Assembly: GCA_040954595.2 (NCBI GenBank) | Contig: CM082580.2 | Coordinates: 672,783-736,782, forward strand | DNA length: 64,000 nucleotides | Direction: 5' to 3' | Source of the DNA: Balanoglossus misakiensis | Lineage: Eukaryota; Animalia; Hemichordata | In this document: positions 27,455 to 39,282 of the stretch, piece after piece | Position numbering within the stretch: the first letter of the stretch is position 1 | Layout: every line of letters starts with the position of its first letter | Made by a program: the position numbers and the translations under genes | Notes under the pieces: model-generated | Seen by the model: the letters and a program-made list of their open reading frames with translations, nothing else | Databases searched by the model: none | What the model was told of the DNA's origin: nothing

Positions 27455-27754
27455 AGCCTCTAGAGCTGCCAAATTTCACAATTTTTTTCTTTTCCACAGT
27501 AAAACCTTTCAAATCTATGGTGATGCATACCACGATAGCTAGCTGCATACTGTTTGTATGGAGGCTGATTTTAATAAAATGGGTACGGCACCTGTTTAAT
27601 ACATTGCACGTTTAAATTGCAACATACAGCCACAATCAGGCATTGATGACATGTTCTTGTATCCCTATCAGTAAGCTTAATTATTTCAATGTACCAATCT
27701 ACGTCGGAAAATAAAATCTGAAAATAAATGCAAAAAGTGGCAGCTCTAGTGGCT
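27455..27754. mobile_element. Kolobok-like MITE (300 bp)
   Basis: TTAA-agcctctagagctgcca...tggcagctctagtggct-TTAA (16/17 TIR match). Confidence 0.8.
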
Positions 27755-27857
27755 TTAAAGCACTGAAAGGTTCAGAGGACTAACATTTTTCTGAAAATCC
27801 GTCTCCTAAGTGTGCACTACAATGGCAGTTTAATTGTTTTCAAAAATATCAACTTAC

Positions 27858-28037
27858 GCTCGCATTGGGGCACAAGTGGACCCCAGACACCATCTGCTTG
27901 GCATTCCAATGAAGACACATTATTTATAAACTGATAGCCCTCAATGCATTGATAATAAGCAATGCCACCATACACTGTACTGGTAACATTGGTAAGAATT
28001 CCATTGCTGCACTCAGGGGGTCCACCACATGTTATTC
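27858..28037 (-). CDS. Exon: CCP/sushi domain
   Basis: ITCGGPPECSNGILTNVTSTVYGGIAYYQCIEGYQFINNVSSLECQADGVWGPLVPQCE; 180 nt, phase 1-1. Confidence 0.87.
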
Positions 28038-28281
28038 CTAAAAAATAAACAACAAATTAGTGTCATTCAAGTTGTTGCTAACAATAGATTCAAGAGACAA
28101 ATTAAGTCTCTCTCATCACTGCACTTTTTTCATTAATTATCTTGGATACAAGACACCAGGCTAGGCATATTTGCATAGCTGGTACGACTTATACACGGCG
28201 AAAATGTTTTTTTTTCCTGAAAGAGTGACCTCAAAGCTACAAAATTATGTAGATATCAGCTAGACCGGACATCCCCTTTAA

Positions 28282-28382
28282 CTACTGGATAACCGTCCGA
28301 GCATTGGAATGAGACAGAGACATCATACCTTCTATCTCTGTACTGGTCACCACGCCCTCACTAATCACAATTTCGGGACAGT
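28282..28382 (-). pseudogene. Broken CCP/sushi exon remnant
   Basis: DCPEIVISEGVVTST, then in a shifted frame DRRYDVSVSFQCSDGYP, then fused at TTAA (28278-28281) to a Kolobok-like end. The second half of the domain is not visible. Confidence 0.65.
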
Positions 28383-28457
28383 CTGTCAGAACAAGGATCA
28401 CAATGATAAGAATGCATGCAGACAAATACTTAAACTCATAAATGTCAGTTGTTTTAA

Positions 28458-28681
28458 AGTGAAGGGGTCGTCGCAATGCGTTTGTTTATAAACATTACAA
28501 TTCATCCACAAATCCCTCAAATAAGATAATTCTTAGAATGAACGAAGCAGCTGACAGTATCCTAGACTGTCCATGACAGCAACTGAAGATCCTAGTAGGT
28601 CGTGGCTGTCTAATTTCAGGGATTTGTGGATGAATTGCAATGTTTATAAACAAACAAACGCAGTGCGACGACCCCATCACT
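28458..28681. mobile_element. Fold-back MITE with ~65-bp imperfect TIRs
   Basis: agtgaaggggtcgtcgcaatgcgtttgtttataaacatt...aatgtttataaacaaacaaacgcagtgcgacgaccccatcact, flanked by TTAA/TTAT. Confidence 0.75.
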
Positions 28682-28900
28682 TTATTGAGTGTGATACAAG
28701 AGTGTTGCCATTCCAGTCAATGGTCCAAAATTGCATTGCAATTGTAAGAAATTACTGTCTCTGTTTTTCCAGCTCTTTGAAGTTTCGTAAAAATTCAAAA
28801 ACATTTGCACCTTTCAATTAATGACTCTAAATCACAAGGAATAAAGGGAGAGTGTGTTTCTAAGAATTCTGTAACAACTTTTTCTGAAATGTTAGTAAGT

Positions 28901-29111
28901 TACTGTAAAACACTTTATTTTCGCGAGCAAGAGATTTTCGCGAAATACGCGAGAGCCAAAATAGCGTGAAAATAAAAAGTTGCGTAATTTTTTTGAAGAT
29001 AAAGATGCAATGAATGAAATAAGAGAACGCGAAAATTAATACTGGCGAAACAGTGGCCTCTCTCGATGTCGCGAAAAATTTCAACTCGTGAAAATAAAGT
29101 GTTTTACAGTA
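28901..29111. mobile_element. TA-flanked MITE (Tc1/mariner-like)
   Basis: tactgtaaaacactttattttc...gaaaataaagtgttttacagta. Related copies at 29340-29538, 29581-29790, ~26090-26286 and ~35045-35088. Confidence 0.75.
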
Positions 29112-29118
29112 TGTGTAC

Positions 29119-29302
29119 CTGGTGAAAATGAAGCCCTGAATCCTTTAGCTGGTCGTGTTCTACTACTCCTGAACACAACCGAAAAGTGTCCAATGTCTGT
29201 ACGGCAATCGGGTGGTGGCACTGTGCCATCAATGACTCCATCAGAATTGCCACTCCATGGACCAATAATGACATCATCATCACTCTCAGTACCATTGTAT
29301 AC
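29119..29302 (-). CDS. Exon: CUB domain C-terminal half
   Basis: VYNGTESDD...WSG...FSVVFRSSRTRPAKGFRASFSP; 184 nt; AG/GT sites. Confidence 0.85.
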
Positions 29303-29339
29303 CTTCAGAAACAAAGACAAATTAAGCATGCATTGTAAA

Positions 29340-29538
29340 TACCGTAAAACGGGAAATCTTCACAACAGGAAATTTTCGCGATATCAAAGGTGGCTACTGT
29401 TACGCGACAATTAATTTTCACATTGGCATATTTTACTGCATTGTTATCTCTGAAGCATTTTAAGCGACTTTTTATTTTCATATTTTTTGGCTCTCACATA
29501 GTTTACGAAAATTTATCGTTCACGAAAATTTTATAGTA
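29340..29538. mobile_element. TA-flanked MITE, same family, diverged
   Basis: taccgtaaaacggg...aaaattttatagta with ttttcgcg motifs. Confidence 0.6.
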
Positions 29539-29580
29539 TTCAATCCTTGTTGCATTTCCTGCTGTAACAGCTACTCAACA

Positions 29581-29790
29581 TACTGTAAAATGGGAAATGT
29601 TCGCAAACAATAAATTTTCGCGATCTACGTGAGAGCCATCAAAACATGAAAATAAAAAGTTGCGTAAAAATGTTTTTCGGGGATAATGATGCAGTGAAAT
29701 ACAAGAACGTGAAAAGTTATTGTTGCATAACACTTGCCTCTTTTGATAACGCGAAAATTTCATGTTGCAAAAGTATCCCGTTTTACAGTA
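29581..29790. mobile_element. TA-flanked MITE, same family
   Basis: tactgtaaaatggga...tcccgttttacagta. Confidence 0.7.
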
Positions 29791-29922
29791 TATATGTGAT
29801 TAATTAAATTTCCAAATTGTGTTCCAAAGTTGTATAGTTTGAAGTAATGTCTGCCAAAATTGTCAAACTAAAATCACTGCAAAATAATATGACAAATTTT
29901 TTAATATGACAAATATTTTTAA

Positions 29923-31913
29923 AGAGCCTATCTTACCTCGAAACACACTTTTGAGGATAAATAATAATTGGGCTTGTGTGTTAAATGCTGGTGTCCTTTT
30001 ACTTATTTCATGTGGATAAATAAATGTTAAATTTAAAAATGTTCAGGGCCTGAGAAAAAAGTTCTGTTTTGGCCACGCCCATTTCCGTGACGTCACAAGA
30101 GGAACCATTTACGTTTGCAACAGACTTAGCACTGTACATTGCAGTGGTTGAATTGCAACCATACATGCCTGTGATCTAAACGGCTTTGCTGTGTCTGCCT
30201 GGGTACAACTCTGTATCCCCCGTACCCTTCAAAATAAACGTACATATGTCTACCTTATCATCTAGGGGAGATGCGATTATGAAAAAAAAAACTCGGCCCG
30301 GTTAGGCTACGGCTTCGCATTGCAAGCAGTACACAACATGCAATGGCAGCGGATGTGTATAGGCACCTTAAGCTTACACATACAATGATTGCTGCCTCGA
30401 TTAAACCGTCGAATATTGCCCAGAGGTTTAGGTCTAGAGTGTTGGGACTAAATCTACTTATCTTGGACAATGTCAACTTATTGATAACTGATCGTGGTCT
30501 TTTTGGCGATTTTCAATGACTGCCTTAACAGACAAAATACGCGTGTGTTATTGTACAAGGTCAAGGGGACTCCATCAGCGCCGATCGGCAGCGATGACAC
30601 ATATCGCGCCGCGATGTATATTTACTACCAGCACTAAAATTCTGTCTTTTGAATTACATGTAAGCTATGCCTTTTTGGTGATGACAAACAGAAACATTTA
30701 TGACTTGTCGCTGTAATCATGGAAGTACCTTGACATGCTTCATACTGCATTATAACAAAATGAAACCATACAACCAACAGCAACAGGCGATCATGCCAGG
30801 CCGACCCACTCACGCTCACAAAGCATGAAACATTTTCATTGATACACACGAATATCTAAGTTTGGAAACAGTTTTCACTCACACGAGGCAAAATTTATTC
30901 AACATATTTTGTTTCAAAATTTGTACAGTGTGTTTTGGAGCCGATGAGTCGGACATAGCGCGACGTAAAACTTGTAAACAAAGAAATTAGAAAAGAAAGA
31001 TGGCGACCATTCAGCCGAAGCCATACAAAGGTACGACTGAAAAAAAACGTGAAATAGTAACGGTAATATTTTGAACGTTCAAGTTTTTACATCGATTGCT
31101 GTCAACCTTAATTATCGTAGTTTGCGGTCACTGGGTACCGGTTAGCCAGACGGAAGCGTGAATAATAATAAACAATCTCAACATGATGTCGGCCAACGCA
31201 AAATTGTGTTTACGCATCCTGCCAGTTCACCTACTACATGTACTACAGTACTGTGTAAATCGCGGTCGCTGGAACATTGTATGAACACCAATACCGGGTA
31301 TAAACGATCTGTTGGTCGACCTCTCCTGCTGACAGGCTTCTATTTTCCTGTATGGGTGGGGATTGTCTTCTCGTGATTCGAACCTGGCCGATTATCGTTC
31401 AACCATGGTTCAACGGTCATGCATTGACAGTTACGGCATGCGCAAAGAACACAAGCGGATACTATTCTACGGCGGATAAAATAATTCATGAGACCGGCTT
31501 CATATCCACCGTACGATGTTGATGATCGTGGCATAGACTTTCATTCGTTTTTGTGGAACTCACACGGGTGACTCCCGTCTAGGTAATGTGTTGCTGCAAC
31601 CACGGCAAACAACTCCTTTCCCCATTGTGGTATTACACAGAAAAGCACGAAAACACCGTATGACACCTGTGAGCATCGCTAAAGCTGGTCTACCTGACCG
31701 GTTCCTCTTGTGACGTCACGTCACGTGACCAAAATGCAGCAAATCTGAACTCGGACTTTTCAGGACGGGGTGGATTTTGAAGCATTTTATGAGAACAAAA
31801 CAAATATTATAGAAATCGATACCCGAAAAATATTGTCACTTTTGGAAAATAGTATATTTCTTTTGAACATTTTTTAACCTTCTGATAAGATTTAAAAAGG
31901 CAAGATATGCTCT
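29923..31913. mobile_element. Non-autonomous Kolobok-like element (~2 kb)
   Basis: TTAA-agagcctatcttacct...aggcaagatatgctct-TTAA (14/16 match). Inner 21-bp inverted repeat cgtgacgtcacaagaggaacc at ~30086 / ~31700. CpG-rich interior. Confidence 0.8.
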
Positions 31914-31950
31914 TTAACATGGCTGACTCATGATCATATCTGATACTCAC

Positions 31951-32135
31951 AATGATGTAATCAACATCTGTGTTCCTCTCTAATCCAAAGTTCTCATCAA
32001 AGATAAGAGTTAATGGTCTTCCAGTTGGTTCCTTGATTAACCAGCTACACATAACATCATCAGGGTAAGTGCTAACATCATACCCTGGTGACTGAATCGT
32101 GCCAAAACTACGCAGAATTTCAATTCCCTGGCAAC
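31951..32135 (-). CDS. Exon: CUB domain N-terminal half
   Basis: CQGIEILRSFGTIQSPGYDVSTYPDDVMCSWLIKEPTGRPLTLIFDENFGLERNTDVDYII; AG/GT sites; 185 nt. Confidence 0.85.
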
Positions 32136-32143
32136 CTTTAAAG

Positions 32144-32893
32144 AAACAAGTGACCTATCGGTCAAAAGAGCTCTGCTGACTTTAACAGTGAAACCTATAG
32201 CTGGGCAATGATATGAATACCCTAGGTTTTAATCATAACAATTGTATTCTATTAAACAAAACCAAACATAGACATCACAAGTATTTAATATCCACATTCA
32301 GCCTGATTCATTGTGCTAAAGAAAGAAAGAATTTATTCCTAAAGAACAACATCAAAAGGAAGTACCAAGGTACTAATTTGCATATTCATGACCCGATCAA
32401 AATTCCAATAAAACAAAATCAGGTAGGGGCACCATAACACACATTCTACCAAATTTCAGCTCCATCGTACATGTAGTTAGGGAGAAGAAGATTTTTTACC
32501 AAAAATTATATTTTTAGATCTAATTTGCATATTCATGACCCGATCATATCCAAATTTATGAAATCAGGTAGGGGCACCATAACACACATTCCTGCCAAAT
32601 TTCAGCTCCATCGTACATGTAGTTAGGGAGAAGAAAATGTTTGACCAACATTCTATTTTTAGATCTAATTTGCATATTTATGACCCCATCAAATCCAAAT
32701 TTACAAAATCAGGTAGGGGCACCATAACACACATTCCTACCAAATTATAGCTAAATATGCAATGTCGTTTTAACGAAGAAGATTGAAATACCGAAAGTTG
32801 ACGGACGACGGACAACTGACGCCGGACGACAGACGGACACTTATCAACCTACTGCTACAGCTTGGCTGACACAAGTGACAGCCAAGCTAAAAA
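32144..32893 (-). mobile_element. Non-autonomous Helentron (HINE/DINE-1-like)
   Basis: On the minus strand: T-run, 5' sub-TIR hairpin agcttggctg..cagccaagct, CGTC microsatellite, three ~146-bp tandem repeats, 3' sub-TIR gtcagcagagct, terminal hairpin tgaccgataggtca, T-run. Confidence 0.75.
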
Positions 32894-33270
32894 TACCAAA
32901 CAAGGAATAATGAATTCAATCCACAGGTTTGGTGTAATCCTGGCTGCCTTTTATTTTGTGCTAGGGGATCAAATCACATAATAATTGCCTTCTGGATAAA
33001 AAGTCGTACGCGACAGAAGAAATGACTGTTAACTGTATATGACTTCCTTAGGTCAAACCTTTCTGTCGTTATACATGTAGTTATCAAATTAAACTCATTT
33101 AACTTTTTTCACATTTTGTTATTTTTTCTGTTAAAAAGTTTCATAATGACCCAGTATCAGATTAGCTTATATTATAAACTTCCAGAAAGAATGGCAAAAG
33201 AAGATAGATCTGTGATCCTTACAATTCTTACTGGGTTGAAATTCTTTGGGAATGATTTTAAGTGATTTAA

Positions 33271-33619
33271 AGGGACAAAGTTTCTCTCACTCGCTGCCCT
33301 TTTTCCATTAACTATGTTTGATACAAGACACTGTTTATGTTATTCTACATGTGGATATATAGTGAATCAACATTCAACCACGCACAACTTCCATCCCGTT
33401 TGTAGGATATGAGAGTAAAAATATTGCCAAAATGAATAAACGGTAGAGACCAATTAATCATTTTGGCGAGTTTTTTCACTCTTGTGTCTACAAGTGGGAT
33501 GGAAGTTGTTTGTGGTCAAACGTTGTTTTAATATATATCCACATGTAGAATAACATAAACGCTGTATTGTATCATCATAATTCCTGGAAAAAGGGTAGCG
33601 AGAGAGAGTGTTTGTCCCT
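33271..33619. mobile_element. Kolobok-like fold-back MITE
   Basis: TTAA-agggacaaa...tttgtccct-TTAA with long internal inverted symmetry. Confidence 0.75.
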
Positions 33620-33704
33620 TTAAAACATTGTTCTCTTGCATCATGAATCCTTGATTGCCTCTTCATTCAAACAACGTCTTGATCAATTTGAATGCGTTAC
33701 CTAC

Positions 33705-33906
33705 CTGCCCAGTAATGTACATGAAAACCTCTCATTGTAACTGCATCATCACTCTTAATGTCAACTCTCATCATACTTTTGGAAGATATGATGACATTAG
33801 GTAACTCCATCCCAGAAAATAAAGCAAGTCTGAGGGCAGGATTCAGTTCAGCGCCATCGTATACAGACACTTGATCAGCCCCATCTTCTGTTGCAAAGGA
33901 GATAAA
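33705..33906 (-). CDS. Exon: CUB domain C-terminal half (acceptor reads CCG)
   Basis: FISFATEDGADQVSVYDG...FSG...SDDAVTMRGFHVHYWA; 202 nt; donor GT intact. Confidence 0.8.
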
Positions 33907-34020
33907 CGGAAAAGATTTAAAAAATAGCATCAAAGACACTTTGCTCCCATTTGATATGTACATTTAAATGTGACATACCGTACAATCATAGTGATCACAA
34001 TTTCCTACACAAAACCATTA

Positions 34021-34297
34021 AGGGGCAAAGTCTCTCTCTCTCTCGCTGCCCCTTTTCCATTAATTATCGTTTGATTATCGTTTATGTTATTCTAGATGTG
34101 GATATATAGTGAATCAACATTCCATCCCGCTTCATTTTGGGCGAGATTTTTACTCTCATATCCTAAAAATGGGATGGAAGGTGTGTGTGGTCGAATGTTG
34201 ATTCACTATATATCCTCATGTAGAATAACATAAACGGTGTCTTGTATCAAACATAATTAATGGGAAAAGGGCAGCGAGAGAGAGAGACTTCGTCCCT
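34021..34297. mobile_element. Kolobok-like fold-back MITE, same family as 33271-33619
   Basis: aggggcaaagtctctctctctctcgctgcccctttt...aaaagggcagcgagagagagagacttcgtccct. Confidence 0.7.
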
Positions 34298-34666
34298 ATA
34301 AGGACACCTTTAGCATTGATGAGGTAATATAAGAATACATCTGATAAAGAATATTTTCACATCCCAATAAACCAAAATCCAAAACAACTGGAAGAGCCGT
34401 TTCTGACATAAGTGGACTTTTGGACCAAAAATGTCTAAAACTACCCACCCCCCTCCTCCCCAGTATTGATATTTGTCACATGTTTATGTACACCATAATA
34501 ACAAATATTGAAGGTCCTTGTAAACCAAATTTTAAGAAATCGGAAAAGTGACTACTGAGAATTGACCAGAAATGACAAAAATAAAATGTATTTTTAAAAA
34601 TATAATTACTAATTTTTGTCATGCTGTAAAACAACTCACACGATTAATTGCATCTGAATCCACTAC

Positions 34667-34818
34667 CTGTAAAGTGACAACAAATTCTGTTGTGAATGAT
34701 GCCAGCTGTCAGTTACAATCTTCATTGTTGAGATAATTCTTGCCTTCAAAATATTCTGTACTGCTGAGATTCTGTTTATATGACTGTGCTATGAAATTCC
34801 CACCACACAAAGAATACA
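34667..34818 (-). CDS. Exon: CUB domain N-terminal half with premature stop
   Basis: YSLCGGNFIAQSYKQNLSSTEYFEGKNYLNNEDCN*QLASFTTEFVVTLQ; TGA at 34709-34711 where the CUB Trp is expected; 152 nt, phase 1-0. Confidence 0.8.
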
Positions 34819-35111
34819 CTGAAAGAAAGAAGAAGTCATCTTAACAGAAACACTTCACAAACAGGACATCAGCAAGATCACAGTCGAGGTAGGGCAAATA
34901 TTGCCTACATGTGCAATCTATAATGTTATACCAGGTTCACGTAGGGTAAAATTCGAAACGTTTCAGAGACACTATTTGCCTAAGGTAAACACAGAGCATT
35001 AATGCTTTTAGTTGCCTTGTGTCCACACATGCAAAGTTTATGTGTAGTTCGCGAAAATTTATCGTTTGCGAAAATTTCCAGTTTTACATTATGTATAAAA
35101 CTTGGTATTAC

Positions 35112-35313
35112 CTGCTTGCCAAGATGCTTCAAAGCCAGTAGCAGTATGCGAACTATCTGAGAGAAATTTCACCAACATTGCATTACCACTGCTAATAACT
35201 TCATCAGGCTGGTCCGGTCCACTGTATGTGGCAAGAACTTTGGATGGGTCAAACACAGACACCTCGACAATGACAACAGTATCATGATAAAGTTCAGTGT
35301 CAAAATGTAGAAA
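35112..35313 (-). CDS. Exon: CUB domain C-terminal half
   Basis: FLHFDTELYHDTV...YSG...ISSGNAMLVKFLSDSSHTATGFEASWQA; AG/GT sites; 202 nt, phase 0-1. Confidence 0.85.
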
Positions 35314-35512
35314 CTGAAAAGAATAAAAAAATGTCACAACACACATCATAAATAGTGAGCTGTCTCAAGCCAATATACATGAAAATAAACACAGTTTCAT
35401 GACTTAAGCCCCATTAGCTGTAACTTTTTGCATTTTTCAGTATTTCTATTCTGTGTATCAATTATAGTTTCTTGTTCAGCTACGCAGGGCAGAGTTAAAT
35501 CCATAGTCTTAA

Positions 35513-36399
35513 CAGTCGAAAATTTGTCATTTTTTGATGATTTTCACCAATGTTGTTTTTAAAAAATCGACGAACCCATGATTTTTTTCAAAATCGACGA
35601 AATTTTGAGATTTTGCAAAGTCGAAAATTTGTCATTTTTTGATGATTTTCACCCATGATTTTTTTCAAAAATCGACGAAATTTTGAGATTTTGCAAAGTC
35701 GAAAATTTGTCATTTTTTGATGATTTTCCCCAATGATTTTTTTCAAAAATCGACGAAATTTTGAGATTTTGCAAAGTCAAAAATTTGTCATTTTTTGATG
35801 ATTTTCACCCATGTTTTTTTTAAAAAAATCGACGAACCTATGATTTTTTTCAAAATCGACGAAATTGTGTGATTTTGCAAACTCGAAAATTTTGTCATTT
35901 TTTGATGATTTTCAACCATGATTTTTTTTCAAAAATCGACGAAATTTTGAGATTTTGCAAAGTCGAAAGTTTTGTCATTTTTTGATGATTTTCACCCATG
36001 ATTTTTTCAAAAATTGATGAAATTTTGAGATTTTGCAAAGTCGAAAATTTGTCATTTTTTGATGATTTTCACCCATGTTTTTTTAAAAAAAATCGACGAA
36101 CCTATGATTTTTTTCAAAATCGACGAAATTTTGTGATTTTGCAAACTCGAAAATTTTGTCATTTTTTGATGATTTTCACCTATGATTTTTTTTCAAAAAT
36201 CGACGAAATTTTGAGATTTTGCAAAGTCGAAAATTTGTCATTTTTTGATGATTTTCACCCATGATTTTTTTCAAAAATCGACGAAATGTTGAGATTTTGC
36301 AGTCGAAAATTTGTCATTTTTTGATGATTTTTACCCATGATTTTTTTTCAAAAATGGACGAAATTTTGAGATTTTGCAGTCAAAAATTTGTCATTTTTT
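35513..36399. repeat. AT-rich 78-bp satellite, left part
   Basis: Unit gtcgaaaatttgtcattttttgatgattttcacccatgatttttttcaaaaatcgacgaaattttgagattttgcaaa. Confidence 0.95.
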
Positions 36400-36939
36400 A
36401 GGTCCCATTGGTATAGGCCTATATACCATGGGACCTTATGGGATGGGTTGCGTCTGTATGTATGTATGGATGGATGTATGGATGTATGGATGTATGGATG
36501 TATGTCTGTATGTCCGTCCACATCAAAAACTTGAAAACCGCTGCGCGTATCACCTCAATATTTGGTGTGTAGGTGCAGGCTGGGCTGTAGATTGGAGTTT
36601 GTCCAAACGAAGTTGCCAGGCCCAAAAATATGCAAATTAGCTGGTAAAATGTGGAATTGATCAAAACTCTGTAAGTCAACAATTACTGGTCAGATTGCTT
36701 TGAAAATTGGTATGCATGTACCATATGTCAACCTCACACCGACCTTTTAGTGTTAAGTTGATATCATGGATGTTTTATTTTTAAAGATTTTTTAGTCTTT
36801 TTATTAAATTTATACCTTTACTTATACCTCTATGGTTAAGCTATGTCCACGTCTTATTGTGGGATTCTGGTCTGTGCAATAGTCCTGTACAGTGATTGTC
36901 TATTGGTCAGTGAGCACAATGGGGCCAAAATAAAAGGGA

Positions 36940-37900
36940 AATTTTTGGGCTCACCTGTAACACCTGCTTAACACATTAATTATGTGCATACCTAATTCCG
37001 GGCTAACTAATAGGGCTAGAGGTTTTGTTCTGGTGGGACATGGACCAGTATAGGGTCAAAATTTCTTGCCCAAATTTTGGGTGACCTCAGGTGACCTTTG
37101 ACCTACTTTCCTATATCTCGGCATCCAGAGCAGGTACAGAGTTGGCGTTTGGAGGGTTGGGACTGAAATTGAAAAGCCGAAATTGGGGGTCACCTGTGAC
37201 ACCTGCATATCTCATTAATTATGTGCATACCTAATTCCAGGCTAACCAATAAGGCTATAGGTTCGGTTTTTGTTGAACATGGACCAGTATAGGGTCAAAA
37301 TTTCTTGCCCAAATTTTGCATGACCTCAGGTGACCTTTGACCTACATTACCAAATCTTGACATCCAGAGCAGGCACAGACTTGGCGTTTGGAGGGTTGGG
37401 ACTAAAATTGAAAAGCCGCAATTGGGGGTCACCTGTGACACCTGCATATCTCATTAATTATGTGCATACCTAATTCCAGGCTAACCAATAAGGCTATAGG
37501 TTCGGTTTTTGTTGAACATGGACCAGTATAGGGTCAAAATTTCTTGCCCAAATTTTGCATGACCTCAGGTGACCTTTGACCTACATTACCATATCTTGAC
37601 ATCCAGAGCAGGTACAGACTTGGCGTTTGGAGGGTTGGCACTAAAATTGAAAAGCCGCAATTGGGGGTCACCTGTGACACCTGCATATCTCATTAATTAT
37701 GTGCATACCTAATTCCAGGCTAACCAATAAGGCTATAGGTTTGGTTTTTATTGAACATGGACCAGTATTAGGTCAAAATTTCTTGCCCAAATTTTGCATG
37801 ACCTCAGGTGACCTTTGACCTACTTTATCATATCTTGGCATCCAGAGCAGGTACAGACTTCGCGTTTGGAGGGTTGGGACTGAAATTGAAAAGCCTGTGA
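36940..37900. repeat. 239-bp tandem repeat x4 in the Helentron 5' region
   Basis: cacctgtRacacctgc recurs at 36952, 37191, 37430 and 37669. Confidence 0.92.
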
Positions 37901-39237
37901 CCGACATGTAAGTGTTCAGTTGATATCATGGATGTTTTATTTTTTATGAATTTTTTCGTCTTTGTCAATATTTTAGGTGAAAACAAATTTTTCTGAAAGT
38001 TATGGGTCAATGGCTTTAAAATTTAGAATGAAGCTTGGTATACTGAAAGGCAATTGAGGTCATTTTGGGGCAATTTGTTGCATAATTTGCATATTTGTAA
38101 TTTTGGGGATATTTGGTCAAAATTCATTTCAAGTTAAGGTGTCGTGAAAGTATGGTGACATTCCCATAATTGTGTTCTTGGTGCATTTTTTGCAATTTTT
38201 TGCCAAAAATTGGTTTCTATGAATCCACTTGGCAGATTGCTGTGCATGTTGTAGGCATATTTCTTATGGTGACTGAAGTAAGACATTGTACTGTGCTGTG
38301 GATATTTGCATATTTCTGGTTTTGCCTCTATGAACAAATCCAGTGCTTTGAAAGGTACTCTTTACATGAGGACACTTTGGTTTGTCCATTTTAGCTGTTT
38401 GCCTTTCTGTTTCATCGTTTTTGTGTAATCTATTCCCTGATACACCCAGTCCTAAGTGCAATCTCTCCTAGAGTGTACATGAGCTGATTATGTCACAGTT
38501 ATATTTGTGTATCGAAATAACCTTGGGGCAGTGTAGCACACACCATACTTATGTAGGTGTAGCAGCATTGGAAAGACTGCTTGATTTTCTGTAGTTGAAA
38601 GAACACACAGGAGTAGCTCAAAACATGTGTTGGCATTATTGTAATAACTTTAGATCTGTTGCTATCTAAACATATTGTTTGCACTATTGCACTATATTAT
38701 TGTTGACAAACCTCTCAACGTAAGGCGGTGCCAGTATACCCTATGCTGTAATTGCGGATTCCAAATTCTTGGCTGTTATCTGCTGACTTTGAACCCCAAA
38801 GTATCAAGCTACTGTTGCCAGCAATGTGAGGGAGTAGTGGCAGTGCCAGGAACAGCCTAATGAGCAGCCACTTCCTGTCATTGTTTTGGAACAGTTAGAG
38901 ACTTAACCAGCTCTTGAAGAATCACTTTTTATCAAATTGCAGGTAATTATATTACATATTCTATTTTTCAGCTGAAGTTTTTCATAGTGTTTCTCTATTT
39001 TGGAAGTCCTAGAACATGTGATGGTCATATTGATGTTGTAGTTTCAATTACTCCTATAAAAATGATGGAAATATATGTTGTGTGAGTATGTTAAAATTAA
39101 GCAATTGTACATGTTACATTTTTGCCAGGCTTTTACTTGCATATTATCTAGGCAGTTTCAAGTTGTCTAACCAATGATGTTAAAATGCTGTTATTGATAT
39201 TATCACATTCTTGTCTTTTGCTACTAAGGTCAGAATT

Positions 39238-39282
39238 ATGCCAAGGAAAAAGAATTGGAGAAAATCAGCTGTGAAAAAATCG
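39238..39282 (+). CDS. Probable first coding exon of the Helentron Rep-Hel gene
   Basis: ATG...MPRKKNWRKSAVKKS followed by donor GTATGT in phase 0, matching the phase-0 acceptor tttaaacag at 40358. Confidence 0.5.

Larger units (their letters stand above)
25164..35313 (-). pseudogene. Disrupted uninflatable (uif)-like extracellular protein gene segment: CUB x3 - CCP x4 - Ca-EGF x2, 11 exons
   Basis: Exons 35313-35112, 34818-34667, 33906-33705, 32135-31951, 29302-29119, 28382-28282 (broken), 28037-27858, 27153-26971, 26660-26478, 25999-25871, 25349-25164 have compatible phases and mostly GT-AG sites. Domain order and the EGF insert GYLLYANNGTGGFYLPPGETG..YDVYTFNQSCV resemble Uif from memory. 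Lesions: in-frame TGA, dead acceptor, frameshift, TE-truncated exon. Confidence 0.7.

Noticed and set aside
34709-34711. Selenocysteine or readthrough TGA in the CUB exon
   Set aside because: The position corresponds to Trp, not Cys, and other independent lesions in the gene favour simple inactivation.
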